Source: Alphaproteobacteria bacterium (GTDB lineage: Bacteria > Pseudomonadota > Alphaproteobacteria > SHVV01). From it: a stretch of DNA of 64,000 bases. A program made the position numbers and the translations under genes. Under the pieces are notes generated by a model. The model saw only the letters and a list, made by a program, of their open reading frames with translations, was not told the DNA's origin and ran no database searches. Positions 13,015 through 21,732 of this stretch are shown here, one piece after another. Location of the stretch: the NCBI GenBank assembly GCA_965261735.1, contig OZ253470.1, forward strand, positions 1,188,129 through 1,252,128, written 5' to 3'. The stretch's first letter is position 1, and every line of letters starts with the position of its first letter.

Positions 13015-13515
13015 CTACTCCCCCTCGTCCTCCGGCTCGCGCACCTCGATCTTGGGCTGCTCCGCGACTTGGTCTTCGGGCACGAAGGTGATGCGCATGC
13101 CCCACCCGGCAAAAAATCGCAGCAGGCCGCCGAACTCGGCGAGATCGAATGCTCGGTCGTCGATGTAGATCACAGTCTCACCATTCTCGTCGTCCTCGAT
13201 ATGGCAGCGGAGCACTCGGCCGCGAGGCACCCATTGGGCGCTGTCTTCGACGAACCTGACCTGAGGTTTGCCGGGAGGTATCTCGACCGCGGTGCTGTCG
13301 AACTCGGCGGCGAGGTTCTCTTGTGCGTCCATCATCGCGTTGAACAGGTCGAGCACCGCGGCGTCGGACATGGTTCGGAGATGAGAGCCGACGTTCACGC
13401 GGGCCACCGACACGTTGGGGTCGGCATGCTCGATAACCGCCATTTCGCCCTCGCGGGTGATCTTCACTTCGTCGAGAGAGGCACGCCGGGGCGGTTTCTT
13501 TCGCATGAACGGCAC
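13015..13515 (-). CDS. Hypothetical acidic cytoplasmic protein (166 aa), an IS-flanked passenger gene of unknown function.
   Basis: Clean ORF with a GTG or ATG start and no recognisable motif. It lies between the IS256-like element (end 12978) and IS630 copy 2 (13640). Confidence 0.35.
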   Translation of the reverse strand: MPFMRKKPPRRASLDEVKITREGEMAVIEHADPNVSVARVNVGSHLRTMSDAAVLDLFNAMMDAQENLAAEFDSTAVEIPPGKPQVRFVEDSAQWVPRGRVLRCHIEDDENGETVIYIDDRAFDLAEFGGLLRFFAGWGMRITFVPEDQVAEQPKIEVREPEDEGE

Positions 13516-13639
13516 CGCAGGTCGTACATTGTTGGGATGGATAGGCGGTCCATCCAGAATCTCGGAGTAGCGTAGCTCGGACGGGAACCGCCGGGAAGTA
13601 CCGCGGAGGGCAGTGCGCCCGTGTGGACGCTACGAGCTC

Positions 13640-14794
13640 CTAGTGGATTGATTCCAACGTTTGGAACCCTCTGTTTCGTGCGGCGATGATATGATCGGGG
13701 TCGGCTTTCCAGATGAAGGGTTTTGGGTTTGCGTCATTGTATTCGCGGACAAATCGGTTGATGGCGTCCTGAAGGTCGACGACGGATTGGAAGACGCCGT
13801 ATTTGAGCCTGCGCCGCGTTAGTTTGGCGAAGAAGCCCTCGACGGCATTGAGCCACGAGCACGAGGTTGGCGTGAAGTGGAAGGTCCAGCGTGGATGGCG
13901 GGCGAGCCAGGCGCGGACCTTGTCCTTCTTGTGCGCGGCGTAGTTGTCGAGGATGACGTGGACGGCCTTGTCCGTCGGCACCTCGCGCTCGATGCGGTTG
14001 AGGAAGCGGATGAACTCCTGATGGCGGTGGCGCTGCATGTTCTGTGCGATGACCGTACCGTCCAGCACGTTGAGCGCGGCGAACAGCGTCGTCGTGCCAT
14101 GCCGTTTGTAATCATAGGTCATCGTACCGGCGCGGCCCTTCTTCATCGGCAAGCCGGGTTGGGTGCGGTCGAGCGCCTGGATCTGTGATTTCTCATCAAC
14201 CGACAGCACCACGGCATGGGCCGGCGGATCGACATACAAGCCGACGATATCTGTGAGCTTCTCGGCGAAGGCGGGATCATTGGAGAGCTTGAAGTGCCGC
14301 CAGCGGTGCGGGCTGAGGCCATGGGCCTTCCAGATCGCTTGGACCGTCGACGCCGCGACGCCAGCAACCTTCGCCATCGCGCGCAGCGTCCAGTGGGTCG
14401 CCTCGTGCGGCGGCGCTTGCTGGGTCAGGCGGACGATCTCGGCGACGCGCTCCGGCGGGATCGGCGCTTTGCCAGGCGGACGGGACCTGTCGCGAAGCAA
14501 GCCGTTGACACCCTCGTGCATGAACCGCTCCTGCCAGCGCCAGACACAGGTCTTGGACTTGCCGGTCTCGGCCATGATCGACGAGTTCCCGAGCCCCTCG
14601 TCGCTCTTCAGGATGATCCGCGCCCACCAGACATGTTTCTGCGAGCTCTTCGGGTCCGCGACGATAGCTTGCAATCGCTGACGGTCGCCAGACGTGACAG
14701 TAAAATGGATGCCGGTGCGCATAGCACAGACTCGCATGACACCGCACAATACGGAATCTCAAATCGGACTCTTTCGTTCCGATCAATCCACTAG
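13640..14794 (-). mobile_element. IS630-family insertion sequence, copy 2. The transposase is 13640..14749 and differs from copy 1 at 3 residues.
   Basis: Same IRs as copy 1 (13640-13655 and 14779-14794) with TA flanks. Confidence 0.85.
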
Positions 14795-15262
14795 TGTACC
14801 GGAGGGCCGAACATCCGAAGGCGCATCTGGCGGGCTTCGGCGGCTGGATGCATACCGACGGCTATGCCGGGTTCGGCAAGCTCGCCCGCGCCGGGCCGGT
14901 CCGCGAGGTCGCCTGCCTGGCGCATGTGAGACGGAAGTTCTTCGATGTCCATGGCGCCCGGGGCTCGGCGATCGCGGCCGAGGCGCTGGAACGCATCGCG
15001 GCGCTCTACGCCATCGAGAAGGAAGCCCGCGGGCAGCCGCCCGACCGGCGCGTTGCAATCCGCGGGGCCAAGGCCGGGCCGCGCCTCGACGATCTGGAGC
15101 GCTGGTTGCAAACGGCAAAAAACCCCGCTGGCGGCGGCCATCCGGTATGCGCTGACCCGCCTGAAGCGCCTACGGCCATATCTGGAGCACGGCTTCCTGG
15201 AAATCGACAACAACCCCGCCGAGTGCGCCATGAGTGGCCGCTTTGCCTCGGAATGCGCAACA
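14795..15262 (+). pseudogene. IS66-family transposase (TnpC) C-terminal fragment with a frameshift. It is truncated by the IS630 copy 2 insertion.
   Basis: HLAGFGGWMHTDGYAGF...ACLAHVRRKFFDV, and in a second frame AAAIRYALTRLKRLRPYLEHGFLEIDNNPAECA. Both are conserved C-terminal IS66 TnpC motifs. Confidence 0.7.
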
Positions 15263-15360
15263 TAGGCGAAGGCGGCGAAGATCAGGCGCACCTGGTTGGC
15301 CTTGTACCAACCCCCCGCTATCACCTTCCCCTTCGAATCCTTGGTGACGGGCACCAGCAA
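15262..15360 (-). pseudogene. Second IS1380-family transposase fragment, about 33 codons.
   Basis: GKVIAGGWYKANQVRLIFAAFAYV parallels YKANQLRLLLAAFAYV of the fragment at 4605..5290. Confidence 0.5.
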
Positions 15361-15414
15361 TTCCGCGATCAGGACTTCTTCTCGCGTATTTTCGCCGTCG
15401 CGGTCTGCATCGAT

Positions 15415-15552
15415 CTAGCTCCCGAAATTCTTTGCGCGCTCAAAGGGTTTGCCCGTGAACTCATGTTCTATCCCGATTCCGTCCAGAGGATCGTTGGCCA
15501 ATGCCGGCACAGCCAGAAGAACAAGGGTTGCCATCGTCGCAAAGCGAAACAT
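15415..15552 (-). CDS. Candidate small secreted peptide (45 aa) with a signal peptide. It is absent from the ORF track because it is shorter than 60 aa.
   Basis: Minus-strand reading MFRFATMATLVLLAVPALA|NDPLDGIGIEHEFTGKPFERAKNFGS with stop at 15415. A GGAAGG RBS lies 8 nt upstream of the ATG at complement(15550..15552). Confidence 0.25.
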   Translation of the reverse strand: MFRFATMATLVLLAVPALANDPLDGIGIEHEFTGKPFERAKNFGS

Positions 15553-15816
15553 CGGATGCCTACCTTCCAGTTGGTCCAGCGCTATTCCCCAGGTTTGGCA
15601 GGTTTGGTTGCCTTGGCGGCTATCCGTGCGTTCACTGCTTCCCGTCCGAACCCAAGTACACCCTGGAAGAGCAGGATCGCGCCCTTGCTTCCGCCGGCGA
15701 TGACTGCCGCGGTTGCAAATGTGCCAAACGACAATGCACCGGAATATCCCCCGGTCTTGGCGAAGATCACTGATAAGACGTCGAACTGGCCCCAGACACA
15801 GATTACGTATGATGCG

Positions 15817-17250
15817 GTCGTGTCCCAGGACGTGGTGTAGGAGTTGTTGGAGCCTCTGTTAGCTGTGGGTAGGCGGCTTGCCGTAGCGACCGCCGAGAGT
15901 CTGGCGTAGGCAAGCCGGCTATCCACAGCGGAGGCCATCGCGGTTCCGGTTTAGGGTTGGGCTAGTGCAAACCAACCTGACCCGAAGGAGAACCACGATG
16001 ACCCAGGACATGATGACCCTGCGCGCGCTTTTGGAGAAGAGCTCCGGTGCCGATCTGCTTTGCGAGATGATCGGCTTCACGGCCGAGCGGCTGATGGCAC
16101 TGGAGGTTGAGGGCCTGACCGGCGCCGGGCACGGCGAGCGCTCGGCGGATCGTATCACCCATCGCAACGGCTACCGCGACCGGTCCTGGGAGACGCGGGC
16201 CGGCACGGTCGAGCTGAAGATCCCGAAGCTGAGGAAGGGAAGCTACTTCCCGGGCTTCCTGGAGCCGCGGCGGATGGCCGAGAAGGCGCTGGCTGCGGTG
16301 ATCCAGGAGGCCTACATCCAGGGGGTGTCGACCCGCTCGGTCGACGATCTGGTTCAGGCGATGGGGATGTCGGGCGCCTCCAAGAGCCAGGTCTCCAGGC
16401 TGTGCGGCGAGATCGACGATAAGGTCACCGGCTTCCTCGATCGACCGCTGGAGGGCGACTGGCCCTATCTGTGGCTCGACGCCACCTACGTGAAGGTGCG
16501 CCAGACCGGACGCATCGTCTCGGTCGCGGTGACCGTGGCTGTGGCCGTCAACGACCAAGGCCGCCGCGAGGTCCTGGGCGTGGCGATCGGCGCGTCGGAG
16601 GCCGAGACCTTCTGGACCGAGTTCCTGCGCTCGCTGGCCCGGCGCGGGCTGCGCGGCGTGAAGCTGGTGATCTCCGACGACCACAAGGGCCTGAAGGCCG
16701 CCGCGACCCGGATCCTCGGCGCCACATGGCAGCGCTGCCGCGTGCACTTCGCCCGCAACCTGCTGGCCCATGCCGGCCGCCAGGGCCGGCGCGTCGTCTC
16801 CGCCTTCGCCCAGGAGGACGCCGACAGCGCGAAGGTCCAGTGGCGCCAGGTCGCCGACCAGCTCAGGCCCAAGGTGCCCAAGCTGGCAGTTCTCATGGAC
16901 GAAGCCGAGCACGACGTCCTCGCCTACATGAGCTTCCCCAGGGAGCACCGCCAGAAATTGCACTCCACAAACCCGATCGAACGGCTCCATGCCGAGGTCA
17001 AGCGTCGCACCAACGTCGTCGGTATCTTTCCCAACGAAGCCGCCATCACACGGCTCGTCGGCGCCATCCTTCTCGAGCAGAACGACGAGTGGGCCGTCTC
17101 AAGGAGATACATGACGCTGGAATCCATCGCTCCGCTGAGCGATGGTGTCCCCATCACGCTGCCCACCGTGGCAGCCTGAACGTCCCGGCCCTACCCGCCG
17201 GGAGCCGCGTAGAGCGCAACGCTCTTACACCACTCCGCGGGACACGATCC
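15817..17250 (+). mobile_element. IS256-family insertion sequence, copy B (1434 bp), with an intact transposase and no target-site duplication.
   Basis: Same ends as copy A. The flanks (ATGATGCG and GCCGCCGC) are not a TSD. Its right end truncates umuC. Confidence 0.85.
15965..17179 (+). CDS. IS256-family transposase, intact (404 aa).
   Basis: Full-length mutator-type DDE transposase with ...[15 protein letters not shown]...[11 protein letters not shown]...[21 protein letters not shown]. Confidence 0.9.
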   Translation: MQTNLTRRRTTMTQDMMTLRALLEKSSGADLLCEMIGFTAERLMALEVEGLTGAGHGERSADRITHRNGYRDRSWETRAGTVELKIPKLRKGSYFPGFLEPRRMAEKALAAVIQEAYIQGVSTRSVDDLVQAMGMSGASKSQVSRLCGEIDDKVTGFLDRPLEGDWPYLWLDATYVKVRQTGRIVSVAVTVAVAVNDQGRREVLGVAIGASEAETFWTEFLRSLARRGLRGVKLVISDDHKGLKAAATRILGATWQRCRVHFARNLLAHAGRQGRRVVSAFAQEDADSAKVQWRQVADQLRPKVPKLAVLMDEAEHDVLAYMSFPREHRQKLHSTNPIERLHAEVKRRTNVVGIFPNEAAITRLVGAILLEQNDEWAVSRRYMTLESIAPLSDGVPITLPTVAA

Positions 17251-18230
17251 GCCGCCGCGACGATAACGCGGCTGTCGGCGGTTGGCGTCAGGAACGCTGC
17301 CGATGCGGCGGTCGTATATTGCGGGGCGGCGGTATCGAAACTGTCGGTCGCGATGGACACCTGGAGATTGCCGCAGACCTGATCGGCCTGACGGATCTTC
17401 TCCGCCGTCCTTTCCGCGAAGGATACGATCGCGTCGCGAACCTGTCCCTGATCGGCAATCGCCCGGCTGAAGCTTCGCGAACAGCAGGTGGTTTGTTTCG
17501 CGGCGGGTTGTGTCTCCAATTCATGACAGGCGATGCCGCGCAGCTCGTGCACCGTTCTGAGCCCGGTCACGCCCATGCGCTGGCGCACCCAGCCATCGGG
17601 CGCATCGCGCAGGTCCAGCGCGGTCCCGATACCGCGCCCGGCCAGCATCCTCGACCAGCGGCCACCGATGCCCCAGACATCGCCCGCGGCGGTCCTGGAG
17701 AGCGCCGGGCCGACCCAGGCGGGATTGCCCGACAGGTCGAGAACCCCTCCCGTCCGTGGCGCGCTTTTGGCGATCCTGTTGGCGATCTTGGCCAGGGTCT
17801 TGGTCGGGCCGATCCCGATCGATACCGGGATGCCGGTCCAGCGGCGGACCCGGGTGCGAAGATCTCGGCACCACCGGGTCAGGTCCGGAACCGCCAGGCG
17901 GTCGAGATCGAGGAAGCTCTCGTCGATACTGTAGACCTCGATGCGCGGCGCCTCGGCGGCCAGGATGCTCATCACCCGTTCCGACAGGTCGCCATAGAGC
18001 GCGTAGTTCGAGGACAGCACGGTGACATCGTGGCGTTCGACGAGGCGCTTCGCCTGGAACAGCGGGACGCCCATGGCGATGCCGAGCGCCTTGGCCTCCT
18101 GGGAGCGGGCGACGATGCAGCCATCGTTGTTGGACAGCACGACGATGGGGCGGCCGGCGAGCAAAGGTTGGAACACCCGCTCGCACGAGGCATAGAAGTT
18201 GTTGCAATCGACCAGGCCGATCGTGGCCAT
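17251..18230 (-). pseudogene. umuC: umuC (Y-family translesion DNA polymerase V catalytic subunit). The 3' end, about 95 codons, is removed by the IS256 copy B insertion.
   Basis: Starts [22 protein letters not shown]...[17 protein letters not shown] (palm/fingers). Homology ends at the IS256 right end at 17250. Confidence 0.85.
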
Positions 18231-18237
18231 GGACCTA

Positions 18238-18513
18238 ACGCGCGCAGTGCCGGCGGATGCTGTGGGTAACGACGCCCCAGGCCTCGCAACCGGCATCATC
18301 GAGGTCGATATCGGAAAAGGCCGGGTTCTCGGCGTAGAGGACCAATCCGTCATTGCTCTTTTTCAGGCGTTTGACCGTCAGCTCGCCATGCAGGACGGCG
18401 ATGACGATATCGTCGGCCTGGGGCGCGATGGCGCGGTCGACAACGAGAAGGTCGCCGTCGAAAATTCCGGCATCGCGCATGGATTCGCCCTGTCGTATGT
18501 AGCCACATACCAC
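18238..18513 (-). CDS. umuD: UmuD'-like S24 peptidase domain protein. It lacks the N-terminal arm that carries the RecA-dependent cleavage site.
   Basis: [42 protein letters not shown] has Ser and Lys in the LexA/UmuD context. It is 4 bp upstream of umuC. The in-frame upstream sequence hits a stop after 28 codons and contains no Cys/Ala-Gly cleavage motif. Confidence 0.7.
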
Positions 18514-18606
18514 CCGTCGTCAAAATAATCGTCACACGACGAGAATAGGTGTTGTTTGACTCGAAGCACGATTGATATCCAGTGGGGCCCGGCTATGCGA
18601 ACGGAG

Positions 18607-18808
18607 CTATTTCCGAAAGTGAAAGTTGGTGACGGTGCCCGTGTAATCCACGCCGTTCAAGGGAAGACTCATTCTTGCTGGGACCTCGGCGGTTTCCGTG
18701 GCCGTGCCGGTGCCGACAATGACGCCGTCCGCGTCGAGCAGCGTGATGCCGTAGCTGCATCCTGAGAGCAGTAGGAGGGGAAGGATTAAGGAGGCGTCGC
18801 ACCGTCAC
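18607..18808 (-). pseudogene. Small lipoprotein gene that needs a 1-nt frame correction near 18787.
   Basis: Deleting one A in CTCCTTAATCC yields (GTG)TVRRLLILPLLLLSGC|SYGITLLDADGVIVGTGTATETAEVPARMSLPLNGVDYTGTVTNFHFRK, a textbook lipobox L-S-G-C. The sequence as given breaks the frame. Confidence 0.3.
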
Positions 18809-18971
18809 CTCTCTGCTGGCCAGTCTGGACTCGGCAGTATCCAGAGTGCGCGCATGGACTCAGCGTAGCGCGCTGCCGCGGGCCTGCCAACAGGGTGCGA
18901 GTCGGCGCCGATTTTGGGGAATTTGAACTCTCAGGTGCCAGCTTCAATCAGCATATACTGCTTGTAGCAAG

Positions 18972-19205
18972 GTGTGGGATGCCCGGATGAGCCCAGAAAG
19001 ACGATCGGTCTTGATGACTGTGATCGGCGGCATGATGGCTGCCGCCTACCTGGACACCGAAGGCGTCGTCGATCTGAGTTTTGGATTCCCGCAAGGTGGC
19101 GTCGTCGAGGGCGCGCTCACGGCGATCACCGGCGCCGCGGCGGGTTATGCGGTATTGTTCTTCTTCCGCAAGCTGCGGGATCTAGTGACCCGCGACGAGG
19201 AATAG
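18972..19205 (+). CDS. Hypothetical small membrane protein of about 72-77 aa with two hydrophobic segments.
   Basis: GTG at 18972 or ATG at 18987, reading LMTVIGGMMAAAYL...ALTAITGAAAGYAVLFFF. No family assignment. Confidence 0.3.
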   Translation: MWDARMSPERRSVLMTVIGGMMAAAYLDTEGVVDLSFGFPQGGVVEGALTAITGAAAGYAVLFFFRKLRDLVTRDEE

Positions 19206-19653
19206 CGACCTGTCAAGACGGCTGCTGCCGAGGCCGAGTGGCGCCCGAAGCTGACGTCGCGCTCAGGCCGGCGCCGCCGTCCCTGGTCGTGACGGGCCTC
19301 AAAATCGGCTGATGCCGGTCCCGATGCCGCATGGGGGATTCGGGCTCTTAGGCCCCTACTGCGACCGCCTGAGAGGCCCGTCAGCGCGTTTCTAGGGGTC
19401 GGGCGGTAAGATGGGTGCCCTCTGGGGAAGCCACGATTCGACAGGCGGCGATGTCCCCGACTGACGCGATTCTGAAGGAGCAGGTTGCAAGTTAGGAACA
19501 TGTTCCGAATTCGCACGGACATAACCTCGGGCAACGTTGCCCCAGGTTCCATTGACCGCAAGTCCACTTACCGCTGGCGCATCATGTCGCGAGGAAGCTG
19601 TAGTGGCCTAGAAGTTTCAGACCGGATAAATTCAGGCCACTACGATGTTCGTT

Positions 19654-20721
19654 CCTTGCCTATCCGGTTTACACCCACACCCACTAGGGCTAGAATGGGC
19701 GCAACCCGGATATAGGGGAGCGCGCCATGGATGTTCTCGACCGCGCCGATCTCCCATTCCCGCATTCGCTACCCGAGTTCCAGCGACTTTTCCCCGATGA
19801 TGCGGCCTGCGCCGCCTACCTGGAGAAAGCCCGCTGGGGAGACGGCTTTGCCTGCCCGCACTGCGGCACGGCGGGAGAGCCGTTCCACTTTGAAAACCGC
19901 CCTGGCGTCCTGCGCTGCCGCAAGTGCCGCCAGAACACCGGGCTGACGGTGGGAACAGTGATGGAGCGTAGCCACACTCCGCTGAACGTCTGGTTCTGGG
20001 CCGCTTATCTGGTCGCCAGTCAGACGCCCGGCATGTCCGCCGTGCAGTTTCAGCGGCAACTTGGTCTTTCGCGCTACGAGACGGCCTTTCAAATTCTCCA
20101 CAAGCTCCGCTCGGGCATGGTGCGGCCCAACCAAGACAGGATCGGTGGACAGCCCAAGAACCATGTTGAGGTGGACGAAACCTGGGTTGGCGGGCGAACG
20201 CGTGGGGAAGGCCGTGGTGTTCACCACAAGGTTCCCGTCTCCTGTGCCATCGAGGTGCGTCATCGAAAGCCGGGCACCAAGCTCGACAACCGGAAAGACG
20301 GACGCTATGCCGGACGCGTTCGGCTCGCCGTCGTGCTCGACCGTAGCGCCGAGTCGCTCTGTGGGTTCGTCGAGAGCACCGTCGCGCCGCGATCGCTGAT
20401 CGTTACTGACGATTGGAGCGGCTATGCTGGCCTCGGGAAGCGCGGCTATGAGCACTTCGCTGTTGCCGAGTGTGGTGATCCAGAGGTTGCCGAGCAATAC
20501 CTGCCGATCATCCATCTGGTTTTCGCCAACCTGAAGACGTGGCTGATCGGTATCCACCACGGCGTTAGCCACCAGCACCTACAAGCCTACCTCAACGAGT
20601 TCACCTTCCGCTTCAACAGGCGGTTCTACCCGTTCAACGCCTTCCGCTCATTGCTCGGCATCGCGGGCGACACCTCTGCTCCAACCTATGCCGAGCTTTA
20701 CTCGGGAGAGTGGCGGCACCC
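19654..20721 (+). mobile_element. IS1595-family insertion sequence, copy 1. The transposase is intact except for the C-terminal 7 aa. The right terminal roughly 36 bp, including the IR, is deleted together with the 3' end of the adjacent peroxiredoxin gene.
   Basis: Left IR CCTTGCCTATCCGGTTTACACCCACACC at 19654. The transposase (19727 onward) has an N-terminal Zn-finger CPHCG...CRKCR and a DDE domain. Homology to the intact copy 3 stops at 20721 (gagtggcggcaccc), where the copy 3 sequence tacatgtagcggtcatggg... is missing. Confidence 0.85.
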
Positions 20722-20724
20722 GGC

Positions 20725-21186
20725 GAGGTTCACCTCGAGCCCTAGCGCCCTGGTAAAGTTGCCGTTTCCGTCCGCCAGCATCAGGATCTGGCCGCCGACG
20801 TGCTGATCTCCGGCCCAGGCACACATGACGAAGGCGTCGTTAACGGCAAGGCAGGCAATCGTGTCGATTCCCTTCGCCTTGATTGTCGCGGCACTGGCGA
20901 CGAACCCGGGTAGATGCTGCGCCGAACAGATCGGTGTGAAGGCTCCCGGAACCGAAAACAGTACCACTCTCTTGCCACCGAAGAGGTCGCCCGTGGAGAT
21001 CGCCTGCGGCCCCTCGTCGGTCATCGTCATCAGGCTCGCCGCGGGGATCCTTTCACCAATGAGTATGGTCTTGCGAAGGCCGATCTCGTTCATCTGGGTG
21101 GTGAAGATGTTGTCGAATTGCTCCTTGCTGGCCTTGAACAATTCATCGAGTGATGCCGACCCTACGGCGCGATTCTGCTCGGTCAT
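20725..21186 (-). pseudogene. Prx5-type peroxiredoxin (atypical 2-Cys, AhpC/TSA fold) with a roughly 40-aa N-terminal extension. The last roughly 40 codons are missing because of an IS1595-associated deletion.
   Basis: Core ILIGERIPAASLMTMTDEGPQAISTGDLFGGKRVVLFSVPGAFTPICSAQHLPGF... ends at ...NFTRALGLEVNL and is fused to the IS tail. The N-terminus MTEQNRAVGSASLDELFKASKEQFDNIFTTQMNEIGL precedes the usual start equivalent, which is TIxxGDKLP. Confidence 0.75.
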
Positions 21187-21193
21187 CGCGGCA

Positions 21194-21721
21194 TCACAGC
21201 AGCTCGACGCATCGCGCCAACGCCCGCTCCACGGCGCGATGGAATGCCGCTTCCTCTGGATCCACGGTGGACCTGCCGCGGGACATCTCTTCAGGCTGAA
21301 TTGCGAAGGCCACACCGTCCGCGCTTCCCGTGATCTCGTGTCCATCGCCGGACGAATTGATGTGGGCCCTACCGAACTGCGACTTGCTGATGTTTTGATC
21401 CGCCAGGATCAGTTTGCACAGAACGATGAACTCATCGCCATCGCGGCGGCGATCCGCCACCTCGTAGCGCCACCCGTCGCCATAGCGGTCATCGAGGAAG
21501 CGCACCGTTTCCGACGATCCCACCGCGGCCGCCGAGTCGGGTTCGGTTGTCTGGGCCACGGGCCGTGCCGTATACGGCCCATCGCCCAGCGAATTGCCCT
21601 GACGCCCTGTGCCGGCAAGGCTTGATCCTCGGCCGGCATAGAGTTCCTCGAGCCGTTCGCGATTGCGGCCCAGCATTTCGTCAAATGCCGACGAGTAGCC
21701 GGGCCGGCGGTTGGAGACCAT
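21194..21721 (-). CDS. Standalone 175-aa protein homologous to the N-terminal extensions of both HyuB proteins in this window (GDGW / Rad52-like-signature domain). It is translationally coupled between the amidase and the peroxiredoxin.
   Basis: MVSNRRPGYSSAFDEMLGRNRERLEELYAG...RFLDDRYGDGWRYEVADRRRDGDEFIVLCKLILADQNISKSQFGRAHINSSGDG...AAFHRAVERALARCVELL. There is an 11-nt gap to the upstream gene and a 7-nt gap to the downstream gene. Confidence 0.7.
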   Translation of the reverse strand: MVSNRRPGYSSAFDEMLGRNRERLEELYAGRGSSLAGTGRQGNSLGDGPYTARPVAQTTEPDSAAAVGSSETVRFLDDRYGDGWRYEVADRRRDGDEFIVLCKLILADQNISKSQFGRAHINSSGDGHEITGSADGVAFAIQPEEMSRGRSTVDPEEAAFHRAVERALARCVELL

Positions 21722-21732
21722 ATGTTCTTGCC

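Noticed and set aside
19493-19504. GGAACATGTTCC as a possible LexA/SOS box for the nearby umuDC.
   Set aside because: The spacing fits neither the alphaproteobacterial GAAC-N7-GAAC form nor the Gram-positive GAAC-N4-GTTC form. It also lies more than 900 bp from, and on the far side of, the truncated umuD, whose own promoter region is missing.
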